This document shows, piece by piece, positions 51,909 to 62,776 of a stretch of DNA of 64,000 nt. The translations under genes were made by a program, and so were the position numbers. The notes under the pieces were generated by a model. The model made no database searches. It saw only the letters and a list, made by a program, of their open reading frames with translations, and was not told the origin of the DNA. The DNA is taken from NCBI GenBank assembly GCA_964016885.1, contig OZ024740.1, forward strand, positions 48,298,001-48,362,000, read 5' to 3'. Each line of letters opens with the position of its first letter. Within the stretch, counting starts at the first letter, position 1. Origin of the DNA: Eledone cirrhosa. Lineage: Eukaryota.

Positions 51909-51974
51909 ATTATTTTTCAAGTTCATTACAGCAAATTAAATTGATTTCTAGAATAAGCAGAAAGCCTCAATTTT

Positions 51975-52070
51975 GAGTGAAAGGTGTAGTCGATTATATC
52001 AACACAAATATTTGACAGATACTTTATTTTATGAACCCCGGAAGGATGACTGGTAAAGTTGTAGGATTCC
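51975..52070 (-). mobile_element. Older diverged SINE remnant of the same superfamily
   Basis: GTCGATTATATCAAC...ATACTTTATTTTATGAACCCCGGAAGGATGA is a diverged reverse copy of the SINE core. Confidence 0.55.
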
Positions 52071-52355
52071 GTGACAGTTAGGGGCGCTGGGCCCGCTGAC
52101 AACGAGATTCTTGTCATTGTTGGTTTTTCGTTTTACTGATGTATGCCCCAAGGGTGCGTGGTTATTGCAGAGTCTTCGTCTCGCTATCACCTAAGGCAAT
52201 GCTACGAGTGTTAGCTTGCCTAAAAAATTATTACAACAATATCTGGGACAGCGAAAACATTTCATTCAAAGAAAAGCAGTCATACACATAAGAATTGTAT
52301 TGAACTTTAATTTAACAAAACAAAAAAAACAGAAGAGGGGGAGGGGGTAGGCGTA

Positions 52356-52523
52356 AAAGCCAAACTCACTATCTTCAATTTGGTATTTATGCCAGCCCTT
52401 ACCCATGGTCATGAATCTTGGGTAATGACCGAAAGAATACGATCACGAATACAAGCGGCTAAAATTAGGTTCCTCCGAAGGGTCTTTGAAGTATTGTTAT
52501 ACGATAGACATCGTAGCTCGGAT
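52356..52523 (+). mobile_element. RTE-like LINE C-terminal fragment
   Basis: Translates KAKLTIFNLVFMPALTHGHESWVMTERIRSRIQAAKIRFLRRV...DRHRSSD, typical of the post-RT region of RTE elements. Confidence 0.75.
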
Positions 52524-52989
52524 GAGAACACAAATAGAGTTATATGACATAATATTATGAGGGAATTACATTATAATAGAAGTATGACGATAAAAAAAGT
52601 CTCGATTTTATTAAATAATGCAATTCGTCCACTGGCTGTTCAGTCCATACGGGTACCCCTAAGGGAATCTGCTCACACTTCTATGGGAAACACTGACTCA
52701 TGGGACATAACTGTCAAAACCATTTCGTATTATGGTGCTAAATATATTATCACATCATCAGCTTTTAAAGTTTTTATTGTTAAAAAAAAAACAATTTTTT
52801 CAATGTGGGTGTACACATTGCACTTTACCACAGAGGAATACACTTGCACAAATATTCTGGCATTTCTTTAATGTGATGTTCCCAGAGGTTGAAAACATCT
52901 GCATTAGATCCTGAAGTCACAACTAATCAAATACCAGAAAACAAAAACTCAACAATAATAACAAAAACAGTTACATTTCCTTCTTAATA

Positions 52990-53300
52990 ATGGATGTCAT
53001 GTCTACTAAGTGCAGGCCACTTCATTCAGCACACTGAGTTGAACGGAATCAGTTTGTTCAGGGTCAATGAGAAGAAGTGCAATGGTCTTATGCTTCGCTA
53101 TTGAGCTGAAGGTAGATGACTCATGAAATGCTACTGTCAGCACCTCTTTTATTCCTTTTCTCAATCTATATGCTGCAACAGAGGTGGAACTCATTGCATT
53201 CATAGCCAAATGAAATAAACTACTGAAATATTGTGAATTATTGGAAAAATGACATTCTTCAGGCTATTGCATTTGAGACATTTAAGGAAACTGGATTGCT
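52990..53300 (-). mobile_element. Possible highly decayed hAT transposase C-terminal (dimerisation) remnant
   Basis: Frameshifted NVIFPIIHNI...AMSSTSVAA..YRLRKGIKEVL...SSIAKHKTIA..IDPEQ loosely follows the hAT FP-x-I...SSASAERSFS-LRRLK...LALL-IH pattern, but the ERSFS core is missing. Confidence 0.3.
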
Positions 53301-54098
53301 AACAATTAAGTTTTTATCATCATTGATGACTTGTGAGAGCTCTTGGTTATTTCACCAGCTTTGCTTGGCTATCACCTACAGTAAGGCGATGTTTTGGTTT
53401 TCCTTAAAAAACTTTGAGAGAACAAGATCAGCATTCTCTGAAGAGGTGTGTAATTGAGTAAATATGTCGACCTTTTTTTTCTTCTTCTTTCTAACTATTT
53501 TTAATTATTTATTTCTTTTGTAAATCATTTATTATTTTTTTCATTATTAGTGATTTAAATGTTGAGGAGTTTCCCCTTCACACTATATAGTACCAGTACC
53601 TCTTAGAGTTTGTTCCTGTTGACCATGCTTTCTCTTGATCTATTATTATAAGAAGTTTAACAAAGTGTAAAATGGTTTGATCATTTGTTAGAAGTGCTAA
53701 TTGGCCAACTATCTCTGTGGAACTATAACACCAAATACTCAGGTTTCATAGTCTAGGGAAGATCATGCCTGTAGTGGATTGATGGATTTGCAGATATACT
53801 CCAGAATCACAACATTACACTACAACTGTCTCACACCTTGCTGCAGATTGTTAACTTTATCTCCCTGCAACACATTTTTGGTGGAAGTGCCTGACCTGCC
53901 CACAATCATCATCATCATCAGCATCGTTTAACGTCCATTTTTCCAGACCAGCATGGGTATATATAAATTCACTGGCCCTCAGGCCAGATTAGCTTCTTCA
54001 GTGCCATATACGAGATAACTCATCCAAACATGTTTGTACTTGTTTCCAACAGTTCATAACTTCAAAGTTATGAACTCGTTTCCAACGGTTCATAACTT

Positions 54099-54583
54099 CA
54101 AAGTTACTTTAAAATTAAATAAAAAGAATAATATTAATCATAATTATGTTAAAATAGTTTATAACTTTGCCTATTAATCCGTATGGTGAGCAAATGGGGT
54201 CCCATATGCTGGCCTCCCCTCAGCCCCAGCAGACAACATGGAGAAGGCGTTTCCCCGGAGGATGGTAAGGGAAATGTGCTGGAAGAGCCATTCCAACTCG
54301 CGAGGCTCACACCTGCAGCTGGCCGGCTCAGTGCCTATGGTGGTGAATAGGGAGGTAGCCCTAGGGCCAAGAACACCAGAAGTCTCCACTGCCAAGAGCA
54401 TGACCGTGAACCTGTCGGAGAGCGATCGGTACTTGGAGAGTTTGGCCTCCTCAGCCCAACGTGCAGCAGTACCTGGGTTAGTCACAGACTGCACCAGGTT
54501 GCAGCTGGAGAAAGTGTCACTGCAAGTGGCATCCCAGACGAGGGGTTTGCCACCGCAAAACGTAAGATGATCATACTGTCTGG
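54099..54583 (-). mobile_element. 5'-truncated CRE-clade non-LTR retrotransposon (restriction-like endonuclease C-terminus)
   Basis: PD..., GKPLVWDATCSDT, AARWAEEAKLSKY, AVETSGVLGP and FQHISLTILRGNA are characteristic of CRE RLE domains. Flanked by a 30-bp direct repeat (54069-54098 / 54584-54613). Confidence 0.85.
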
Positions 54584-54861
54584 TATGAACTCATTTCCAA
54601 CAGTTCATAACTTTAAAACTAGATGGGGTTACTAGTTTATCAAAATAGTCAGTTTTCTAACTATGTAGAGTTAAAAACGTTGCTGAGTACAATAATTACC
54701 TCAAGACATGTTTTAGATGTATGTTTGTAGTTTTATTAGGCCATGGGTTTTTGAGATTTTTAATTTTCATAAAGTTTTTTTTTTCTGAGGAGTTGTAGTT
54801 AGCTTGAAGCTTAATGAAGTGTTTGGTTGTGTTGGTATGGGTTGTTTAAAATGTAAAGGAA

Positions 54862-55075
54862 TGTTGTTTAGTCTCAGATCAGCTCAGATTAAATAGACCT
54901 CTGACTAAAGGTATTCTAGCATGAAGTCTTTTTTCCCAAACTTAACATATCCAGTATTAGTTTGGATAATGTCCCCACTTCCTTTTTTTTTCAAACAGTA
55001 GGTGTTATTTGTGGGAGATTTGGCTGCTTTTATTTCTCGTAGGCCCAGTAACTACATAGAAACCCTCTTGTTGGT
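54862..55075 (+). repeat. Interspersed repeat copy (GTTGTTTAG...GGAGATTTGGCTGC family)
   Basis: Similar to 55528-55712 and to reverse copies at 45005-45095 and 56860-56910. Confidence 0.6.
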
Positions 55076-55527
55076 TTGCATGTGCAAAGGGAGATGAGTT
55101 GTGATGCTATTGTGTCATTTCTTGTGTTATCTATATGGTTATTTTACTACAAGTTGTATTGTGCATGGAAGTATCTCTGAAGGATGGTCATTGGGAGTGT
55201 GTTAATCTTTTTGTTACCATATTTCTAAAGAAATACACTATATTTGAATTAGTTTTGAAGAATTTGGAGGATTTGCAAAAATTACAAATTATTTCATTAA
55301 GATGATATTCATAACATAACTTAACAAAAGTAAAATTATGCTGGAAAGTTTTAACTCAAATAGAAACCCTTTAAAATGGGTAAGCTGGTATCAAAGTGGT
55401 TAAGGTGTTGTCGTAGTTAAAGTGTATAACCTGGTGGTTCCTTGTGAAATGTAAGTTTCTATGGTGTTAGAAAAGGACATTTTTTCTATGAAAACAACCA
55501 TTTTCATTGGACACTTTTTTAAAATAA

Positions 55528-55712
55528 ATTGTTTAGCCCCTGGTCAATACAGATCCATAATCAAGGTCATTCTAACAATGACTATTCCACTTATTTTCAG
55601 ACATAATATATCTAGGACTATCTTATTTAATGTCTTTTCTTTTTTAAGATGGTAGCGTGTGATTTGAAGGAAATATAACTGCTGTTTCTAACAGGTCGAG
55701 TGACCTCATAGA
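55528..55712 (+). repeat. Interspersed repeat copy (same family as 54862-55075)
   Basis: TTGTTTAGCCCCTGGTCAA...ATCAAGGTCATTC...AAGATGGTAGCGTGTGATTTGAAGG...GCTGTTTCTAACAGGTCGAGTGACC. Confidence 0.6.
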
Positions 55713-56098
55713 AGTTATTTAGTATTTTTGATGTTGCTGGATTTTATTTTGAATGTTTACGTTTGTAATGTGTTGTGTGATTTGTGTTATCCATGTACTG
55801 GGGGCAAAATTGTATGTAAGTTATGAAGCCAACCCTTCAAATTCTATGTCAGCTAGAAATGATTACTTTCATCACCACTAGACCTGAAATTTGGAGTCAA
55901 GAGGAAATGAGAATGTGTGGCATTCACACTTTCTTAAGAATACAAGAATAAATAAAATAAAAATTAAATATTTTTAAATAATTGTTTCTACAAAGGAAAA
56001 ACATCGCCTTAACAAGTGAAAAGTTATCTCCCCTTAAATACCGAAAGTTTGCTGAGTAGTACCTTACTGTGTTTCTGAATCTCCGTGTCAGGAGAGTG

Positions 56099-56159
56099 AT
56101 GGCGGCGTACTTACGAAGGTTACTGGTCTCGACCTCAGCCAATGTAATACGGCGATCGG
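56099..56159 (+). CDS. NDUFS3: NADH:ubiquinone oxidoreductase core subunit S3, exon 1 (mitochondrial presequence)
   Basis: MAAYLRRLLVSTSANVIRRS is Arg/Ser-rich with no acidic residues. Donor G|GTAATA, phase 1. Confidence 0.82.
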
Positions 56160-56975
56160 GTAATATATTTACTTTTGTTTCTACTTAAAGATGTTTATAG
56201 TTTGGGAATTGAATAACTGGTTAAAAAAAAGAACATAAAGATAAAGCCAGGAAAGAAGTAATGAATGGGTATTTTAATATGTTCCGCAAATAATCCTCGC
56301 TTGCTTAACATTGAAGTTTGATAGAGGGCATTTTCTGTTTGTGCACAAAACTTATAATTAACATTATATTTCAAATCTAATATCTTGGTGTTATGTCGAA
56401 ATAATTGATGGTTTTTATCATTGAAATTATTTCTATTTTACTTATCACTTTACACATAAAATCATGTTTACCAGTAAAAGACTCGCAGTGTCACATATCA
56501 AAAAGCACTGCTCCGATTAAATAATACAGACTGAATGCTATTCCATCAAATATTGTCTATAAAATTTCTCATATCCTTATTAAATAGTAATTATTAATGA
56601 TTAACAATTCTATGTATATCCATCCATCTCATTGAACATCTATACCGATATCCTTATTGGGGATATTTTCCTAATTTTATCACAAGAGGATATCAATAAT
56701 AAAACAAGAATGAATCTTAAAAAAGAAGTATCAGGTTTATACATTTTTTTCTCCTTTATACTGTTAAATACAAACTAACTAATATTTGTATTCGCCACCC
56801 TGACATCAAAATAACACCATACACTTCACTATGTAAACAAGCATAAGGTGACCCAATAATAGAGCCTCTATGTTGTCGAACTGCTAGAAATAGCAGCCAA
56901 ATCCCATTAAAAAAAGGAAAGAAATGTTTATTATTATAATAATGTCATAATTATAGTTTTCCTTTTAATTATTAG

Positions 56976-57041
56976 CTTTCAGACCAAATATCTGTGCCAC
57001 TCAATTATATCGATGCCAAAGTACAGTGCAGGAAACTCGAC
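56976..57041 (+). CDS. NDUFS3: NDUFS3 exon 2
   Basis: Acceptor ATTAG|, donor C|GTAAGT. 66 nt, phase 1/1, translating (A)FRPNICATQLYRCQSTVQETR(P). It joins exons 1 and 3 in frame. RCQ|ST resembles a presequence cleavage site. Confidence 0.82.
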
Positions 57042-57085
57042 GTAAGTAAATATTTCTATTCTTTTGTGAATTTTGATTTCTAAAA

Positions 57086-57443
57086 TTATTTTATTTTATT
57101 TATGGGATATATCATGTAAATACAGTTTAATAGAAAAAAAGGGGGAAAAGGAAAATTTAGATTGAGAAGAATGGAATGTAAAATAGGAAAATATAGAGAA
57201 AAAAAGAAAAAGAAAGAAAATAGGGGAAGGGGAGGGAATAGCAAGAACTCTAGTGTCACAGAAGAATGGAGAAGGGGGGATTGGGTCTCGCGGACAATGG
57301 CCAGCGACACCGCTACAACAGCCAGATGGGCTGCTGACGTTCTGATCTTGCAGAATAGCTCGACTATATGGGGTCCAAGTACGCCTGAGGTCTCGACGGC
57401 CACTGGTGTGAAGAGGAAGCAGCCGGACAGTCCCTGGTATTTG
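57086..57443 (-). mobile_element. Second 5'-truncated CRE-like fragment (NDUFS3 intron 2)
   Basis: KYQGLSGCFLFTPVAVETSGVLGP...VSLAIVR parallels the 54174-54494 copy. (TAAAA)n-like tail. TTTCTAAAA flanks at 57077-57085 and 57444-57452. Confidence 0.75.
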
Positions 57444-57489
57444 TTTCTAAAAAATCTCTTATTTAAGTTTATTATTCTATAACAAAATG

Positions 57490-57639
57490 CCATGCTTTGA
57501 CGCATAGAGTTACGGCCCTTGCCATTCTGAGTTCAAATCCCGCCGAGGTTAACTTTGCCTTTCATCCTTACGGGGTCGATAAAATAAAGTACCAGTAATA
57601 CACTGGGTAATTGCTGGCCTTGTGCCAAAAGTAGAAACA
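57490..57639 (+). mobile_element. tRNA-derived SINE with 19-bp target-site duplication (NDUFS3 intron 2)
   Basis: B-box GAGTTCAAATCCCG plus conserved core. ATTATTCTATAACAAAATG at 57471-57489 and 57640-57658. Confidence 0.92.
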
Positions 57640-57780
57640 ATTATTCTATAACAAAATGTTTATCTTTAGTTGGCAACTAACTGTTTTCGTTGTCCTTTGA
57701 AATGTTTTGATAAAGTTCAGACAGCTACTAAAAAAAGTAAAATAAAATCATACATACTTTCTTTGTTTCTTTTTTTTTAG

Positions 57781-58028
57781 CTATAATCAGGGTTGAAAAG
57801 CCATTAGAGAAGAAGGCTCTTTTTGACTTTGGTGAATATGTTGGAAGTTGCTTACCAAAATATGTTCAAAAGGTTCAGCTAACTCATGCTAATGAACTTG
57901 AAGTTTTGATTCACCCTGATGGTATTATACCTGTCATAACCTTCCTCAAGGATCATCAGAATGCACAGTATTTGAATATTGTTGATATTGCTGGTGTAGA
58001 TATTCCAACAAAGCCATATCGTTTTGAG
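57781..58028 (+). CDS. NDUFS3: NDUFS3 exon 3
   Basis: Poly-T acceptor TTTTAG|, donor GAG|GTAATC. FGEYVGSCLPKYVQKVQLTHANELEVLIHPDGIIPVITFLKDHQNAQY...DIAGVDIPTKPYRFE is the complex I 30-kDa domain. Confidence 0.97.
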
Positions 58029-58994
58029 GTAATCATCTTGATTTCATTGTTTCTTTTATCAGTTGATAATTTTGATTTGCTTAGAATTTGTTTGACTTGT
58101 ATTTTAAAAGTTACTGATCATTATTGTGAGATACTTCATTCAGATATAGCTGTGAGTCTTTGGGCAAGTGCCTTTAACTATATCTTATCATAATAGCTCT
58201 TTTCCTGGATGTTCCATGAAACACATGCTCCAAAGAGTTGTAATTATTGGAATTTGTATAGTCTAATCTCTACTAGTATGAACATACATATGTTAAAAAA
58301 TAATGATTCATAAATTCACATTGATTGGAACAATATATATATTGCTGCCAATTTTTTAAATGTTGCAAAATTATTTAGTTTTGAAATATTAGCTGAAGTT
58401 AAACTAACTGTGATAAAGGGTTTATCTTTGTAACTAACTGCTTCTATAATCCTTTTGACATTTGTTTTTCTCTGCTGACAAGATCAACACAACATACTGA
58501 CAATTGTTTTGATATAATCTTTGGTGAGTCTAGCTTCCGTAGAACTGACATTACCACTTTCAGTACATGGCACTTTTTCACTTACTGCTTATCTATTCAT
58601 ATATATCTATACCAGTGTCTCACTTGAGTACTTTGGCTGATACCTTTAATATCCAACCAATCTTTTAGTTAAGTTGTACTCAGTCTTTTAAGCTAACATT
58701 TCTCATCATACCTGCTGATCTCCCACATTAATGCCTATTTTTCATTATTGGACAGCACTAGACTTCTTACACATTAGTCCTTACTCTGGCTAGTATACTT
58801 TTGCTAAAACCAAATCCATGCCAGCATGGAAAATTGACATAAAATGATGATTATAAGATCATTTAAGTGATAGAAACTACATTTAGTAAGCTGCCTTGGA
58901 AGTTCTTAGACTTCATTTCAGAGATGATCTTACCTCTAACTATAAATACACCTTGCATCTAAACTCGTAAATCTCTTTCAGTCTGGGAGATAGA

Positions 58995-59165
58995 TTGGCA
59001 GTATTGTAGAGCGCTGGACATGCTTTGCATCATAGTTATGGCCCTTTATGTTCTAAGTTCAAATCCCGCCTTGCCTTTCATTGGGAGTGATAAAATAGTA
59101 CCAGTAACCACCTAGGGTTGATTTAATCGACTTTCTTCTCCCAAAAAAATTGTTGGCCTTAATCA
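58995..59165 (+). mobile_element. Diverged tRNA-derived SINE (NDUFS3 intron 3)
   Basis: A-box-like TGGCAGTATTGTAG, B-box GTTCAAATCCC, core TTGCCTTTCA...GATAAAATAGTACCAGT. Confidence 0.7.
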
Positions 59166-59689
59166 AAAACCATTTTGTGTGTACCTGTTGTTTCAAGTTT
59201 CTACCTTCTTCCTTATCAAATAAGGCTACTTCACTCTTTTTTCATCTGTGCCTTGTTGATCTTTAGGACCTTAGACTATAGAACAATGCTTTCAGGTTTG
59301 GAATTTTTGTAATTCTTCAACAGATTCTGTTTTGAGTCCTGGTCATCAGAGTATAAAAGTTCCCAGTCCCAAACTCGTGTTATAACTTACAGTTTAATGA
59401 AGACACTCATGGACATCTACCTTTGCACTAAATTTACTACTCCCTCTAATCTTGCTCACAACACCCTTATACATGGCTTGCTTAAATTATTCACCAACAC
59501 CTAATTTCTGTATCATCCATCAATCTACAGAGCAACATTTAAACATTTTATTGGGTGGGTCAGGGGCCCAATACACAGTTCCGTGCTCTATCTAGTGTAT
59601 TTTATCATAGCAGTAACATTAGGGGACTTGCTAGCTAAGAGGTTCATATGATATCAGTAAATATTTGTGTGCTAATTTTAAAAAGCGAG

Positions 59690-59812
59690 ACCTAATCATC
59701 AATGAGGAGTATGCTCTGAAAGTGAGTCAGGATAATAATGGGCTGGACGAAGTTTAAAGAGTTGGTACCTCTGCTTACAACAAAGGGCTTCTCTCTGAAA
59801 GTGGAGAGGGTA
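59690..59812 (+). mobile_element. Small RTE-like LINE remnant
   Basis: VRIIMGWTKFKELVPLLTTKGFSLKVE resembles the RTE post-RT motif (R-x-GW-KF-EL-PLL). Confidence 0.55.
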
Positions 59813-59923
59813 AATCATCTTTTATTATAATTGGAGCTCATGTACTTTGTAGATTATAGAGTATTTTTGATATTTATACATGTTGTTTGTAAAGGAACTT
59901 ATCCATTTATATTTCCTTTCTAG

Positions 59924-60049
59924 ATTGTGTATATGTTCCTTTCACTGCGTTACAATACTCGGATCCGCGTTAAAACCTACACTGATGAACTGACACCTAT
60001 CGACTCAATCTGTTCCGTTTTTGCTGGAGCAAATTGGTATGAAAGAGAA
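59924..60049 (+). CDS. NDUFS3: NDUFS3 exon 4
   Basis: TTTCTAG| ... |[48 protein letters not shown] (126 nt, phase 0/0). Confidence 0.97.
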
Positions 60050-60651
60050 GTGAGTTATCTATATTGAGCCTTACTTTTTTTTTTTTTATAATGTATATTA
60101 TGTGAAACGAATTTGAATACTACATTGCACGTGATATGAAGTTTATTACTCTGTGGTGTTGTTAATAAAGTCTATTTGACTAAATCAATGCTAACATATT
60201 TCTATCACAGTGAAGTTATATATAGCACTAATTATAATTGCATCTAATCTTAGATTTAGAATTCATTACTTTGATGTGCCAATTAGCTTTATATAATTAT
60301 CTTAGTTCATCATAATTCTCTCAGTATATTGGCAAATATTGGAATATGTTAAGTAATTACTTGACCTTTGAAGTGACTGAGATAGTTGTTCTTCAAATGT
60401 TGAAGAAAATGGAAATGCCAGTAAAAATATTTTAGGATATAAGATTGCTGAACTTGACCGTTAAAGTAGAATACAACATGGAAGCATTTCCATCCACAAA
60501 CACACTTATGCTCATATACATCTACATCAATTGTCACTATGTATACTTACACATAAATGCATACCTTCTTATGCCAACATGGAAAAGTGAATGTAAAAAC
60601 TATGATGATGATAATCTTTATTATTTAAATGTAAAAATCTACTTTTTGCAG

Positions 60652-60771
60652 ATTTGGGATATGTACGGAGTATTCTTTGCTAACCACCCTGACTTACGGC
60701 GCATTTTAACAGATTATGGCTTTGATGGGCATCCTTTCCGAAAAGACTTCCCTCTCTCTGGATTTACAGAA
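60652..60771 (+). CDS. NDUFS3: NDUFS3 exon 5
   Basis: TTTTTGCAG| ... |[46 protein letters not shown] carries the NuoC/NDUFS3 signature. Confidence 0.98.
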
Positions 60772-60824
60772 GTAAGCTTTTATATTAGTAAAACTATTGT
60801 TGCTTTTTAAAGATATCAGCTTAC

Positions 60825-61460
60825 CAACAATATTTCTCTGGTGTGGCTGTGTTTTTAAGAAATGTTAAAGCAGGATAAGAATTAGAAAATATCAACTACA
60901 TACTATTCATGGATGACTTGAAATTGTTCAGTGAGAACAAAAAGTAACGTGACACATTCATAAACAACATATTCATTGAGGACATAAGAATGGAAATCAG
61001 AATTAACAAGTGTGATATCCTTACAATGAAAAGAGGCAAATTGTCTAAGATAGGAGGAATTTAGTTTCCTACATGTTAAGAAAATCAAGTAGATGTATTT
61101 AACATTTTAGAAGATGACAGTATAAAAGACATATTCGAAAAAGAATATAAGAAGGGTGAAGAAAACATTAAAATCCCTCCGTAACAGTAGAAATGTCATC
61201 CTGGCTATTAACTCAGGTGCTGTCTGGATCATTCAATACAGTGCAAGTGTCATTACTTAAAACACCCAAGAACTACAGGATATTGGTAGGAAAACTAGAA
61301 AACTACTGACAGGTTAAATGTATTTCACAAAAAACGGTAATATTGATAGATTGAATATGAAATAATGTGATGGTAGAAGAGGTCTTGTCAGTGTAGAAGG
61401 TTGCATTGCAATGGAAGAACATTTGTACAAGCATGTGTCAGAAAGTAAAAAATAAATGCT
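60825..61460 (+). mobile_element. Decayed R4/Dong-clade RT fragment (NDUFS3 intron 5)
   Basis: INYILFMDDLKLF, KCDILTMKRGK, NVILAINSGAV, ELQDIGRKTRKLL and GRRGLVSVEGC, with stops and frameshifts. Confidence 0.8.
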
Positions 61461-62240
61461 GAGAGTTGGAAAAAAAAAAGGAATAATAAAATGCTAGAAA
61501 AGCAAAAGCTTTCATGGACAGCATCTAAGAAAAACACGCATAGAATTTTTTTCATTTAAAAACACTTGGATTTGGGGAATGCCTGACAACATTCCAAATG
61601 CCAAGCATCCACACTTGATCATTCCTTTGCCCAAAACTGCAGAACAAGCTGTGGAAAATAAATCTAACAAAAGGTGACCACACTTGTTTACTGCATCTCT
61701 ACAAATGCTGTAGTCTCTGCACTTGACATGCCAATGCATTAACAGCCATGCAGAGACGTTGGCAACAGATAGACCACCTAAGCAATGGAATGTGTCCTTT
61801 CCATAAATAATGGAAAAGCAGTAACTCCAGTCTGGTCAGATGAAAGCCTGACTGTCAGTTGGTAAATTATTGTAGAGGTCAGTTTCAGGTTTTATGAGAC
61901 TGAAGTATGTTATTTGTTGATTTGTAGAGAAATGAAAGCACTCAAAGGAGGAATTATCTAACCATATGTATGGTGAATTCCATTAAAACTCACAAGTGGC
62001 AGATACTAAATTTTCAGTTGATTGTATGTTATGCCCATTTTGACAGGACTTTCAAGTGTCAATTTACTACTTTATTATTGCTTGTTCAATATTTTATTTC
62101 TCAGCAACTCTGTAAGCAAACACTTTTTAGCAAAGGTCTAACTTAATCTGAGTTTAAGAGAGTTATTAAATTACTCTTTTGCAATTGTTGTTACAAAATA
62201 TCATGGTTATGTTGAATATTTTAAATCATATTTTTTGTAG

Positions 62241-62420
62241 GTTCGTTATGATGATGAACTACAACGTGTTGTCATTGAGCCACTGGAAATGTCACAAGAG
62301 TTTCGTAAATTTGAATACAGTACACCTTGGGAAACCTACCGCAATTTTCGAGAGACGAGTGAAGCCCAGGAAATTGATTTGAAGCAAGTTGAAAGTGGAA
62401 AAGTTGAAGAAAAGAAATAA
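62241..62420 (+). CDS. NDUFS3: NDUFS3 exon 6 (last; TAA at 62418-62420)
   Basis: TTTTTTGTAG|. [36 protein letters not shown]...EEKK*. The six exons total 801 nt, giving 266 aa. Confidence 0.97.
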   Translation, partial: VRYDDELQRVVIEPLEMSQEFRKFEYSTPWETYRNFRETSEAQEIDLKQVESGKVEEKK

Positions 62421-62484
62421 CTACAATCCCTTTTTAGAAAGTTCCAGGGCCTTAAAATAACAAGACTATATCTATTGAATGTTA

Positions 62485-62525
62485 AATAAATTAAAAAGAT
62501 GTAATAAACTTAGGTTGTAAATAAA
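62485..62525 (+). terminator. Cluster of three AATAAA polyadenylation signals for NDUFS3
   Basis: AATAAA at 62485, 62503 and 62520, 65-100 nt after the stop, followed by a T/GT-rich tract. Confidence 0.6.
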
Positions 62526-62776
62526 CCTTTGTGTGATACTTATTCTTTACCTTGGTCTTTTCACTTAAAAAAAATTAATTAAACAGTAGCACTGAAGTTT
62601 ACTAAGCTGGTTTGTAATTTGTTTGTGAAGGCCTAATTATTATAAAAGAATGAAGGGATTAAGTTTTGAAGTACTGGTTCAATTTTTAGGATTGTTCTAT
62701 TTGTATGTAATAAAGAAATTTTGAATTTAAAAATGGCATACTGTCCAACAAAATACTAAAGCATATTGGCATAAAC

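Noticed and set aside
52557-53457. Several 60-104 aa ORFs between the two genes as a third gene
   Set aside because: No coherent exon chain; at best a decayed transposase remnant, listed at low confidence.
57515-57560. tRNA gene (GTTCAAATCCC T-arm motif; also near 48500 and 59060)
   Set aside because: No cloverleaf can be formed; these are B-boxes of tRNA-derived SINEs.
61500-61860. Possible DNA-transposon (Academ-like) remnant on -, YGKDTFHCLGGL
   Set aside because: Only one loose motif is present, which is not supportable without a profile search.
57906-62382. ORF-track proteins 57906-58193, 60445-60810 and 62179-62382 as separate genes or a bacterial nuoC / NUMT
   Set aside because: They are partial or off-frame views of NDUFS3 exons. 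The gene has GT-AG introns and a mitochondrial presequence, so it is the nuclear gene.
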